Shown here piece after piece: positions 38,494-47,285 of a stretch of 64,000 bases of DNA. Location of the stretch: NCBI GenBank assembly GCA_965227775.1, contig OZ245777.1, positions 3,040,001-3,104,000 of the forward strand. The letters are read 5' to 3'. The notes beneath the pieces were generated by a model. It saw only the letters and a list, made by a program, of their open reading frames with translations. It did no database searches and had not been told where the DNA came from. Both the position numbers and the translations under genes were made by a program. Positions within the stretch are counted from its first letter, which is position 1. The number at the start of each line of letters is the position of its first letter. This DNA comes from Phycisphaerales bacterium (lineage in GTDB: Bacteria; Planctomycetota; Phycisphaerae; Phycisphaerales; UBA1924).

Positions 38494-39854
38494 GCCAGCA
38501 CGCCGGCGGCGCTCTCAAACGTTGCCTTCGGCTGCTCGCGTACGGGCGTGTACCTGAGAGCGACGATGGTCTGATCGTCGTCGCGCGTCCGAGATTGCGT
38601 GTGCTCGTACACCGCACCGTGTACCGAATCGACCACGCAAGAGGGCTGCCCGGAGCAGCTCTCCAGCGACGTATCGAGCCCCTCGACGCCGAACATCTCG
38701 CGTTCGGCGTTAAACGACTCGGTGATGCCGTCGGTGTACAGCACGACAGTGTCGCCCTCTTCCAGCCTGATGGACGCGCTTGTCGCGCCGAGAGGCTCGA
38801 ACACGCCAAGGGGCAAGCTGCCGGCTTCTTCGAGCGCGAGCACCTTGCCGGTCGCGCCTCGCTTCCAGCGCGGCGGGTTGTGGCCCGCCCTGCTGAACTG
38901 GAATTCGCCGGTCGTCGCATCGAAGATTGCGAGGAACGCTGTTGTGAATGCGCCCTCGAGCCCGGCGGCCACGAGCCGACTGTTCGCGTGCTCGAGCACC
39001 AGGTGCGGGTGCATGCCGCTGCCCTCGTAGGCGTGCAGGATGGCGTGCAGCATGGCCATGACCGTGGCCGCCGCCGCGCCGTGGCCCGCGACGTCGGCGA
39101 TCAGGATGCCCCACCGACCATCCTCAAAGGGGAAGAAGTCGTAGTAGTCGCCACCCGCCTCATCGCTGGTGAGGTAGCTCGTCGCCAGGGTCAGGCCCGG
39201 GATGTCGGGCAGCGAACGCGGCAGAAGGCTCTGCTGCACCCTCGCCACTTCTTCGAACTGCCCGCGCAACCGCGTGGTCGCTTGCTCGGCTTCTCGCACC
39301 GCGACGAGGTTGCGTGTCGCGGTGCCGCTCAGGTTCGCCATCATGACGAACATCTCGAGCGTATCGTCGTCGAACGCGTCGGCGTCGCGTACGAATTGGA
39401 AGGACCAGTTCAACGGTTGGCCCCGATCGAAGATCGGTGTTGCCAGGAGCGAGCGCATGTCTTCTGCGGCGCCGCCGAGTGCCTGGTCGTCCTTCAGGCC
39501 TCCGGGCAACCGAACGATCGCGGGCTCGCCCGCCTCGATGATCGGACCGAGCAGGCCGCCCGTCCTCAGCGGCAGCTTCTTCCAATCGCGCCATGGGTCG
39601 AACTGTCGGTAGATCTTCTCGCCGCCGTCGTCCGAACTCGCAACGTCGGAGGTGTGGATTATCCTGGTGATCTTGTACTGACCCTGCTGGAGGCCTCGCG
39701 TCGACGCAGACACGTAGAGGTCGACCGGGCGCAGCTGCCACATCCGCCGGAACGCGAGTTGGATCTGCCCGGGCTCCTCGGCGCTGCTCACCTCTTCGAG
39801 CAGCTCGCGCACCAACGCCAGCCGGGCTTTCGGATCGGTCAGCAGGTAATCCAT
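38490..39854 (-). CDS. PP2C/SpoIIE-family serine phosphatase with N-terminal GAF-like region
   Basis: QQSLLP, AGGDYYDF, IADVAGHG, AGHNPP, YTDGITE, DDQT. Confidence 0.92.
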   Translation of the reverse strand: MDYLLTDPKARLALVRELLEEVSSAEEPGQIQLAFRRMWQLRPVDLYVSASTRGLQQGQYKITRIIHTSDVASSDDGGEKIYRQFDPWRDWKKLPLRTGGLLGPIIEAGEPAIVRLPGGLKDDQALGGAAEDMRSLLATPIFDRGQPLNWSFQFVRDADAFDDDTLEMFVMMANLSGTATRNLVAVREAEQATTRLRGQFEEVARVQQSLLPRSLPDIPGLTLATSYLTSDEAGGDYYDFFPFEDGRWGILIADVAGHGAAAATVMAMLHAILHAYEGSGMHPHLVLEHANSRLVAAGLEGAFTTAFLAIFDATTGEFQFSRAGHNPPRWKRGATGKVLALEEAGSLPLGVFEPLGATSASIRLEEGDTVVLYTDGITESFNAEREMFGVEGLDTSLESCSGQPSCVVDSVHGAVYEHTQSRTRDDDQTIVALRYTPVREQPKATFESAAGVLA

Positions 39855-39938
39855 AGCTGATGATATGGATTCAACCGCAGCCCGACCTATTCCCAGCCTC
39901 GATCCACGGGAGTCTCCGCGAATCACTGGGGGTGGCGA

Positions 39939-42059
39939 TTACCGGGCCCGAACAGCCTTGGGCGAGCCGACGCGACGAGCATGGTGCCCGTTGCCCGACT
40001 CGTCCAGCACGTACGGGCCCATCGAGCGATCGAACGTGTACAACGCGAGCGTGTCGGCGTCCGCCTCCAAGCGTCGCTCCGGCCGGAAACGCTCGCCGGT
40101 GTAGCGAGCCGTGCCGGAAAGGCGGACCTCGTCGATCTGGCCGTCGAAGAAGCTCATTGGATTGCCCGCGCCATTCGGATCGGCCCCGATGATGAGCGGC
40201 AGGTCGTTGGTCCGCCGCTCCCAGGCTGGGTCGACACCCTCGGTCGAGACGAGCTGGCCATCGAGGTATACGCGCGTGGCGTTTCCGTCGTAGACGGCGG
40301 CCACGTGGTGCCAAGCATCGGTGCTCATCGCGTCGGTGATGCGGTTGTTGCGATAGCTGCCGCCCAGGTGGTTCGAGAACCCCAGCACGCCATCGCTCAC
40401 GAAGAAGCCGTACTCACTGCTCTGGGTCTTGGTCAGCAGTCCGCGCCGACCCGCGAAATCGTGTGCATTGAACCAGCACTCCAGCGTGAACGGCCCCTGG
40501 GCAACGCTCGCGACGTCCGTCGGCACCAGGATGGCATCGTCCTGGCCGTCGAAGTCGAGCGCCATGTTTGTCGCGGGCCGCTCGCCACCGAGCAAGCTCG
40601 TCAAATCGACCGGAGCTTCGACCTCGGTCGTCGGAATGGCGTATCGAGCCGTCTGACCCAGATAGTCGGCGTCGACCGCGAAGCGCAGGCTGTCGAGGTA
40701 GTCGTCCGCCGAGCCGCTGGGCCGGCCCACAAGAAAGCCGATCTCCTTCGACTCGCCCGGCTTGAGGACGGCGTGCACGTGGTCGGGTCGCACCTGCCAC
40801 CGGTTGTCGCGGCTGCTGGGGGTCACGGCGACCTCCAGCAGGCGGTCTGTCGTGTTCTCCACGGTCAGGGCGACCTCGCCGCGGGCGCCACCCTGGGCAC
40901 CGAACGCGACGACCCCGTCGACGCCCACACCACGCCTCGCCTGTCGGGCCAGGCTGTCGGCCATCTCACCGGTGATCTCGCGGACATTCATAGCCGCGCC
41001 CACCGGATACGCCGTCATCGCGATCTGCTCAGGACGCACCGTGATCAGGTGGTACTGGTGCAACCAGCCGGCCTGGGGCACTGGGTGGCCCTGCCCACCG
41101 CCAACGGTTGCCAGGGTCACGTACTCGATGCCGTCGTCACCCTGCGGACCGAAATCGTGGCGCATGCGGTGGATGTGGCCCGCGAACACGGCGCGCACGT
41201 TGCCAGCCTTGGCCAGCATCGGATGCACATTGTCATTCCAGTCGTCGCCGTAGCCGCCACCCAGCCAACGCGGATGGTGCACGAACACGAACTGGTGCGT
41301 CATGTCCTTCCCGCGTTGGAGTGCCTGCTCGAGGAAGTCCTTCTGCTGCGGGCTCATCTTCTGGCTCTCAGGCCGGCGGAAGTTCTTCTCGCCCGTCTGT
41401 GGATCACCCTCGTCGGTATAGAGCACGATGAAGTTGCTGTTCTTGTGGCTGAAGCTGTACCACAGCGGCCCGAAGTGCATCTCGTAGCTCTTCTCGTGCT
41501 CGCCCTCGGGCGCGTTCTCGCCACGCCAGTAGACGTCGTGGTTGCCCGCAACCGGGAACCACGGGCACAAGAGTCCGTTCATCACGGTCTTGTACTCACG
41601 CATCTCGACCATCCACTCCTGGGTCTGGTTGTACCCATCGATGAGGTCGCCGACGGTGAGCACGAGATCGGGCTCGATCAGGTTCACATCACGGACCGCG
41701 TCGGCCAGCACGTTGATGCCCAGGTCGGGCCCGCCGGTGCGATCACCGAAGACTGCGAACACGAACGCGTCGGTCTCGCCGGGCAAGGGGAGGGTGACCG
41801 ACGAGTCGCGCGTGGTGAAGAACCGCGTGCCATCGGGCGCCACGGTCGCGTGCTCACGGTTGTGCGTGTGCAGGTGCCGCTCGTGGAAGAGGAACGGGGT
41901 GTCCGTCTTGGCCTCGTAGCCCGGCTCCTGCACCCCGGGGTCGCGCACGCCATCGCTCGTCGTCGAGCCGCTCGACGCGCCATGCTGCGCAAGCACGGAT
42001 GCTGGAACGTACAGGGCCGCCGAGAGCAGCGTAAGGGCGATGGGGCGATGGGGTCGCAT
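39939..42059 (-). CDS. Secreted calcineurin-like metallophosphoesterase with C-terminal LamG domain
   Basis: FGDRTG, VGDLIDGY, AGNHD, HHP, GHIH; FTLECWF...WHHVAAVYDG...FDGQIDEVRLS. Confidence 0.9.
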   Translation of the reverse strand: MRPHRPIALTLLSAALYVPASVLAQHGASSGSTTSDGVRDPGVQEPGYEAKTDTPFLFHERHLHTHNREHATVAPDGTRFFTTRDSSVTLPLPGETDAFVFAVFGDRTGGPDLGINVLADAVRDVNLIEPDLVLTVGDLIDGYNQTQEWMVEMREYKTVMNGLLCPWFPVAGNHDVYWRGENAPEGEHEKSYEMHFGPLWYSFSHKNSNFIVLYTDEGDPQTGEKNFRRPESQKMSPQQKDFLEQALQRGKDMTHQFVFVHHPRWLGGGYGDDWNDNVHPMLAKAGNVRAVFAGHIHRMRHDFGPQGDDGIEYVTLATVGGGQGHPVPQAGWLHQYHLITVRPEQIAMTAYPVGAAMNVREITGEMADSLARQARRGVGVDGVVAFGAQGGARGEVALTVENTTDRLLEVAVTPSSRDNRWQVRPDHVHAVLKPGESKEIGFLVGRPSGSADDYLDSLRFAVDADYLGQTARYAIPTTEVEAPVDLTSLLGGERPATNMALDFDGQDDAILVPTDVASVAQGPFTLECWFNAHDFAGRRGLLTKTQSSEYGFFVSDGVLGFSNHLGGSYRNNRITDAMSTDAWHHVAAVYDGNATRVYLDGQLVSTEGVDPAWERRTNDLPLIIGADPNGAGNPMSFFDGQIDEVRLSGTARYTGERFRPERRLEADADTLALYTFDRSMGPYVLDESGNGHHARRVGSPKAVRAR

Positions 42060-42233
42060 GGCAAGGCTCCGCAGGAGTTTGAGCAGTGGATTCAGGCCAG
42101 CCTACCGCGATCGCAGCAGCGCATCAGGGCTCGTTCGCACCGGCTACCCACACTTCGCGCGAGCCATACCCGATCTGAACACTGGGGCAGGAGCACGATG
42201 CCCACACCCCGAACAAGCTGCTAGCATGGAGCC

Positions 42234-42782
42234 ATGGGTCGACGTCAGATCCACTACGAGCACGCGTTCAAGTCGCTCTTGCGCGAGCGTGGCGTGCCCT
42301 TCGTCGCGGTCGACGAGGCTCGCCGCGCGATCCTGCCCGGCGAGCAGGCCCCACTGCAGACCACGCTTGCCGGCAAGACGAGCACCCTGAAGGCCTTCGA
42401 CTACGTGCTCTATGGCACGCCCAACCTACTTGTGGAACTGAAGGGACGCCGACTGCCCGCGGGCTCCACGCGACTGGAGAATTGGGTGACCGACGACGAC
42501 GTTGACAGCCTGCGACGCTGGTGCTCCATGTTCGGCCGCGGCTACGTCGGCAGCTTCGTGTTCATCTACGAGTGTCCGCACGAGCCGCCAACCACGCCCA
42601 GCCCGCTGTTCGAGAACGTGTGGATCTTCAAGGACCACTACTACGCCCTGCGCGCCATCGACGTCGAGGCGTACGCCGCGAACATGAAGGTCCGCAGCGC
42701 GCGGTGGCGCACGGTGTGCTTGCACAAGGCCGATTTCGAACGATACAGCGGTCCGCTGTTCACCCAAGCAGCGATTGCTTAG
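42234..42782 (+). CDS. HYExAFE family protein (PD-(D/E)XK nuclease-like)
   Basis: HYEHAF at the N-terminus, VAVDEARR, FDYVLY...LVELKGRR, LENWVT. Confidence 0.85.
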   Translation: MGRRQIHYEHAFKSLLRERGVPFVAVDEARRAILPGEQAPLQTTLAGKTSTLKAFDYVLYGTPNLLVELKGRRLPAGSTRLENWVTDDDVDSLRRWCSMFGRGYVGSFVFIYECPHEPPTTPSPLFENVWIFKDHYYALRAIDVEAYAANMKVRSARWRTVCLHKADFERYSGPLFTQAAIA

Positions 42783-43954
42783 GTACCCGGGCGGGTCGGA
42801 AGCAGGTACCGGATGACCGCGCGCGAGGGCATCGGCGGGTGTTCGATCACGAGTCGAAGACAATGGAAGTCCTCGTGCGTCCAGCCCGCGCTCTCGAAGG
42901 AACGCTGCACGACCGCCGCGTATTGGTCGGCCAGCGGCGTGGCGACATCGGCCCCGCGGCCCAGGTGTACAGGGCGGTCGTTGATCGGCAGCTTCGCGGC
43001 GGGCGGGAATTGGGGCGTGTCTTGCCATGCGCCGCCGTAGATCGAGGTCTCCGCCTGGAGCGCTTCAGGAAGGTCTTTGTGCACGAATAAATCGAACAGG
43101 AGCGTCTCGACGGGCATGCTCACCGCCGCGGCAAGCCACGCTGATTCGTCAGGCCGTGTCTGGTATCGTGGCACATCGGCGCGGTATCCGAAGCCGAAGT
43201 AGCAGCCGAACTCGCCTGTCTTGCCCACCGGTCCATCGCCAACCTCGTAGGTAACCTCGTCGCCCTCCTCACGCACGAAGATCTCGGGCATCTGCCCGCG
43301 TGAAAACGACGGTAGAAAACCCCACGGCCCGTCCTCGTGCTCCTCGGCCGCAAAGCGATTCACCTGGCCTTCAAACTCGTAGCGTCCGAGGCGGAAGACC
43401 GGCCATCGAGGAATGGGCCGGAATCGACGGACGCGCTGCAAGCCGGCGATGAGCATGACGTCGAGCATGTCGGGGTTCTCGACGTTCGGCGCCAGTACCT
43501 GGGCGGACACGCGAGCCTTGGCCATCACGCCCCAGATGCCAGCGTTGCCGCGGAACGCCAGCTTCCGGCTCTTCTCCAAGCCGGTTGCAGCCATGCTGTC
43601 CAGCATCAGGTCCATGGTGGCCCGATCGCCACCATGCGTCTCCACCATCGCCTCGGTCGACGCGATCGCCACGCGGGCGCGCTGGAGAGACGCCGAGTCT
43701 GCCCCGGCCCGTTCGGTCGCCTCGAGCACGAGGTCCAACCCGGCCATGCCCGGCAGCAAGGGGAGCGCTTCGAATGCGTCTTCAGCCTGGAGCACCCTGG
43801 CGATCTTCCAGGTGAGGTTCTTGTTGAGGCCGAGGCGGCGCGAGACCTCTTGCGGCCGTTCCGGGTCGGCACCGGCCTGGCGATAGATCTCGAGCAGGGC
43901 CCCACGCAGCTCGCGGACCGACTCGCGGCAGTGATCCTCGAAACTCAGTGCCAT
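42779..43954 (-). CDS. Hypothetical protein with N-terminal HTH-like segment (putative regulator)
   Basis: PQEVSRRLGLNKNLTWKIARVL resembles an HTH; divergent from two dockerin genes across an AT-rich spacer. Confidence 0.7.
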   Translation of the reverse strand: MALSFEDHCRESVRELRGALLEIYRQAGADPERPQEVSRRLGLNKNLTWKIARVLQAEDAFEALPLLPGMAGLDLVLEATERAGADSASLQRARVAIASTEAMVETHGGDRATMDLMLDSMAATGLEKSRKLAFRGNAGIWGVMAKARVSAQVLAPNVENPDMLDVMLIAGLQRVRRFRPIPRWPVFRLGRYEFEGQVNRFAAEEHEDGPWGFLPSFSRGQMPEIFVREEGDEVTYEVGDGPVGKTGEFGCYFGFGYRADVPRYQTRPDESAWLAAAVSMPVETLLFDLFVHKDLPEALQAETSIYGGAWQDTPQFPPAAKLPINDRPVHLGRGADVATPLADQYAAVVQRSFESAGWTHEDFHCLRLVIEHPPMPSRAVIRYLLPTRPGT

Positions 43955-44064
43955 CGTGTCCACGCTGCAGCCCCGCTAATTAGGATTTTAGTAGGATTCG
44001 ATCCGGGCACCGTGCTGCGGTGTCGCCCATTGCCCATGTTCATCTTACTCAATGTCAGTCGAAT

Positions 44065-44102
44065 TGCAAGATTCTTTGATATTTTCCCCAGAGAAACTTG
44101 CA
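44065..44102. promoter_or_regulatory. Candidate operator inverted repeat
   Basis: TGCAAGATTCT-N16-AGAAACTTGCA (10/11 match) in the AT-rich divergent spacer. Confidence 0.4.
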
Positions 44103-44260
44103 GAGATTGGATCCGTGTGATAAACATGTTCGAATCGACGCAAATCCACCGGGCTTCTGTGCCGAACGGGCTTCGGCGCGTCGGCCGGCCTTCACGGCCA
44201 CTTGCACGCTCGAGATCGAACCAGAACGCGAGCTGACCCGTCGGCTCGGGAGGCACGACA

Positions 44261-45517
44261 ATGAAGAGTCAGAGTTTCGCCCTCGCCTTGCTCCTGACCG
44301 TCGCGGGCACCGCTACCGCGCAGGAGTTCTTCACGATCCCGGTCGGCCAAGGCCTTGCCGACGACGTCAGCAACACCGGTGTTGTTAGCGGCTCAAGCGG
44401 ATTCGGCAGCCAGTATTGGATATGGACCGCCGACGGCGGCGCGATGCAGATCGGCGGTGTCTCACCCGGCAGCGGCGTCGGCGGTCAGGGCAAGATCTCC
44501 AGCGACGGTTTGTTCATCAGCGGCACGACGTTCAACGCAGCCGAGGGGTGGCACGAGATGTCGCGGTACGACGTCGCCGCCGGCCGATGGACCGGATTCG
44601 GGCCCATCCCCGTGATTGGCACCCAGATCGACGCGGAAGTCTCCAGCGGTTGGGGCATGTCGGGCGACGGCCGACACGTTGTTGGGCTCGGCTGGACCGT
44701 TCTTGGCACCGCCGACACCCACGCAATGCAATGGACCGAGGGCGTCGGCATCACCGACCTGGGCACGGCGTTCGAAGGCCGGTCGGCGCGTGCGAACGCC
44801 GTGAATGCCGACGGCACCGTCGTTGCCGGATGGCAGGACGGCGCGACAGGCTTCCGCCAGGCAGCCGCCTGGGTTGACGGCGTGCAGGAGCTCATCTTCG
44901 ACGACGCGGGCCAGCCCGTCTCCGAGGCGTTCGACGTCTCCGACGACGGCACATGGGTCACCGGCTTCGCCGTCGGTGGTCCCTTCGGCGCGGTCGACAC
45001 CTGGCGGTACAACACCGTCACCGATGCCTTCGAGACGATCCCCAACTTCGCCGTGGGCGGCGAGAGCCGCATGGGCGCCGCCGCGATCAACCAGGACGGC
45101 AGCCTCATCGGCGGCGGGACCTGGGGCTTCGGCCCTGCAACGTTCGGCATCGGCTTCATCTGGCAAGAGGGCGTCGGCACAATGACCGTCGCCGACTTCC
45201 TGGACAGCAAGGGCGTTGGCTATCCGGCGGGCTACACGTTCTCGTTCGTGAGCGCCATCTCGGCCGACGGCAGCTGGCTCGCCGGCTGGGGCTATCCCGA
45301 CACGCTGGGCAACACGCAGACCTGGGTCGTGAATCTGGGCGACGACGCCTGCATCGCCGACATCGACGGCGACGGCGAGCTCACGTTGTTTGACTTCCTC
45401 GCGTTCCAGAACCTCTTCGACGCCGGCGATCTCGCGGCGGACTTTGACGGCGACGGCGACCTGACGCTCTTTGACTTCCTCGCCTTCCAGAACGCGTTCG
45501 ACGCCGGATGCGAGTAG
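44261..45517 (+). CDS. Secreted HAF-like repeat beta-propeller protein with GC-type dockerin tail
   Basis: GGGAGG Shine-Dalgarno; signal peptide; repeats SGDGRHVVG/NADGTVVAG/SDDGTWVTG/SADGSWLAG; ends DFLAFQNAFDAGCE. Confidence 0.9.
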   Translation: MKSQSFALALLLTVAGTATAQEFFTIPVGQGLADDVSNTGVVSGSSGFGSQYWIWTADGGAMQIGGVSPGSGVGGQGKISSDGLFISGTTFNAAEGWHEMSRYDVAAGRWTGFGPIPVIGTQIDAEVSSGWGMSGDGRHVVGLGWTVLGTADTHAMQWTEGVGITDLGTAFEGRSARANAVNADGTVVAGWQDGATGFRQAAAWVDGVQELIFDDAGQPVSEAFDVSDDGTWVTGFAVGGPFGAVDTWRYNTVTDAFETIPNFAVGGESRMGAAAINQDGSLIGGGTWGFGPATFGIGFIWQEGVGTMTVADFLDSKGVGYPAGYTFSFVSAISADGSWLAGWGYPDTLGNTQTWVVNLGDDACIADIDGDGELTLFDFLAFQNLFDAGDLAADFDGDGDLTLFDFLAFQNAFDAGCE

Positions 45518-45578
45518 TCCGGGCAGCGCTCTGCAGTGCACACATCGACTCGTCTGCGCGAACGCAAGAAGGAGACCC

Positions 45579-46310
45579 ATGAACAAGATCACCCTCATGT
45601 CCGTGGTCGCGGCAGCTTCCTGTATGGCACAAGCCGACCCGATCACGATCACAGTCACCGGTGAGGTTGCCTTCAACCGCATCAGTGATGGAGTACTCGC
45701 CGCGGTTTCCGCCGGCGATACCACTACGGTGACCTTCCAGGTCGACTCGGACGACTTTTTCGACGTGCTCCCGGGAGACTTGCGAAACTACCCGATGGAC
45801 AACGGCTCGTTCGACCTGGATTTCGGCTCGGCCAGCACGACAATCGTCTCGGGCACCGAGGCCTTCTTCACGCTCGTTGAAGGCTTTCCGGTCTCGGATG
45901 GCTTCATCCTCTCCACGTCGCGTACGTCACCCGGCGGCGTGCCCTTGGAGGCGACTCCGTACAACCTTGGATTCGATCTCGGCTACGAGGGCGCGACACT
46001 CGGCTCACTCGATATCGCCGACGCCATCGGCGTCTACGAGTTCGGCGGCCTGACCCGCTTCAACTTCACCATCTGGAGCATCTTCCCAGACAACGTCGCG
46101 ATGGAGATCAACTTCGTCTCGATGGAGATCGCCAGCGACGTGTGCGTCGCCGACATCGATGGCGACGGAGACCTCACGCTGTTCGACTTCCTCGCCTTCC
46201 AGAATCTCTTCGACGCTGGGGATCTGGCCGCGGACTTTGACGGCGATGGCGATCTGACCCTCTTCGACTTCCTCGCGTTCCAGAACGCGTTCGACGCCGG
46301 CTGCGAGTAA
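45579..46310 (+). CDS. Secreted protein with GC-type dockerin tail
   Basis: AAGGAG Shine-Dalgarno; MNKITLMSVVAAASCMAQA signal; dockerin tail 53/55 identical to the upstream gene. Confidence 0.9.
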   Translation: MNKITLMSVVAAASCMAQADPITITVTGEVAFNRISDGVLAAVSAGDTTTVTFQVDSDDFFDVLPGDLRNYPMDNGSFDLDFGSASTTIVSGTEAFFTLVEGFPVSDGFILSTSRTSPGGVPLEATPYNLGFDLGYEGATLGSLDIADAIGVYEFGGLTRFNFTIWSIFPDNVAMEINFVSMEIASDVCVADIDGDGDLTLFDFLAFQNLFDAGDLAADFDGDGDLTLFDFLAFQNAFDAGCE

Positions 46311-46354
46311 GCACACCAAGCCGCTCTCCCTCCGCCAGCGCTCTGCGCGCTGGC

Positions 46355-46402
46355 AATCCGACCCCGTCGAGGCCGCACGCCCGACGGGGTCGGATTCGTT
46401 TT
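46355..46402 (+). terminator. Intrinsic terminator
   Basis: AATCCGACCCCGTCG...CGACGGGGTCGGATT stem followed by CGTTTT. Confidence 0.7.
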
Positions 46403-46446
46403 CCTGCGCCCATATCCTCTCAATTCACCTCGGAGAGCCGATCAGC

Positions 46447-47265
46447 ATGACCCAGGACCTCGATCAGACCCCCGCCCCACCAGCCGCCCTGCTCGTCGTT
46501 GGCAACACCCGCGCCCGAACGGCCAGCTACGCGGACGGCTCCGTGCACCACTCGGCATCGCACGATGCCAACGACGCCGAGGCCATCGCGCAAGCCCTGA
46601 CCCCGTTCCTGGACGATCACCACGGGGCCCCTCTGCTGATTGCAAGCGTCAACCAGCCGGCCGCCCGGGCAGCGGCCGTCGCGCTCCAGGGCCACGTCGA
46701 GCACATCGCCTACGCCGGGACCGATCTTGCCCTGCCCCTGACCACCTCGGTCGCCAAGCCTGAGCGTGTTGGCATCGATCGTCTTCTGTGCTGCCTGGCG
46801 GCGTTTCGCATGGCTGAGCAGGCCTGCATCGTCATCGATGCGGGCACCGCAATCACGGTCGACTTCGTCGACGGCCAGGGAGTACACCACGGCGGCGCCA
46901 TCGCGCCGGGCGTCGCAGCGATGCTGTCTGGGTTGGAGAGCGCGGCCCCCGCGCTCCCGAAACTTGGCGCGGCGGACGCGCTCGCTATGAACCGACCCGA
47001 AGACCAGCCCTGGGGCCACGACACCGAACCCGCCATGGCGTTGGGGGTGCGCGCGGCGGCTGTGGGCCTGGTCCACGGGCTGGTCGATCGCTTTGCGCTG
47101 GCGTACGGCGGCTATCCCCGCGTCATCGCCACCGGCGGCGACGCATTACCGCTGTTTGAGAACGACGAGATCGTCGAGCACGTCGTGCCCGACCTGCAAC
47201 TGGCCGGCCTCGCCCGCGCGTACGAGGCGATGATGAACGCGGACGATGATGAACGCGGACGATGA
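46447..47265 (+). CDS. coaX: Type III pantothenate kinase
   Basis: GNT, IASVN, VGIDRL, IVIDAGTAITVD, GGAIAPG, IATGGDA, PDL. Confidence 0.88.
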   Translation: MTQDLDQTPAPPAALLVVGNTRARTASYADGSVHHSASHDANDAEAIAQALTPFLDDHHGAPLLIASVNQPAARAAAVALQGHVEHIAYAGTDLALPLTTSVAKPERVGIDRLLCCLAAFRMAEQACIVIDAGTAITVDFVDGQGVHHGGAIAPGVAAMLSGLESAAPALPKLGAADALAMNRPEDQPWGHDTEPAMALGVRAAAVGLVHGLVDRFALAYGGYPRVIATGGDALPLFENDEIVEHVVPDLQLAGLARAYEAMMNADDDERGR

Positions 47266-47285
47266 GGACGACGATTAAACCGGTC

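Noticed and set aside
39981..42224. 747-aa + strand ORF, and similar long antisense ORFs elsewhere
   Set aside because: Shadow of the metallophosphoesterase-LamG gene; composition is typical of reverse-complemented GC3-rich codons
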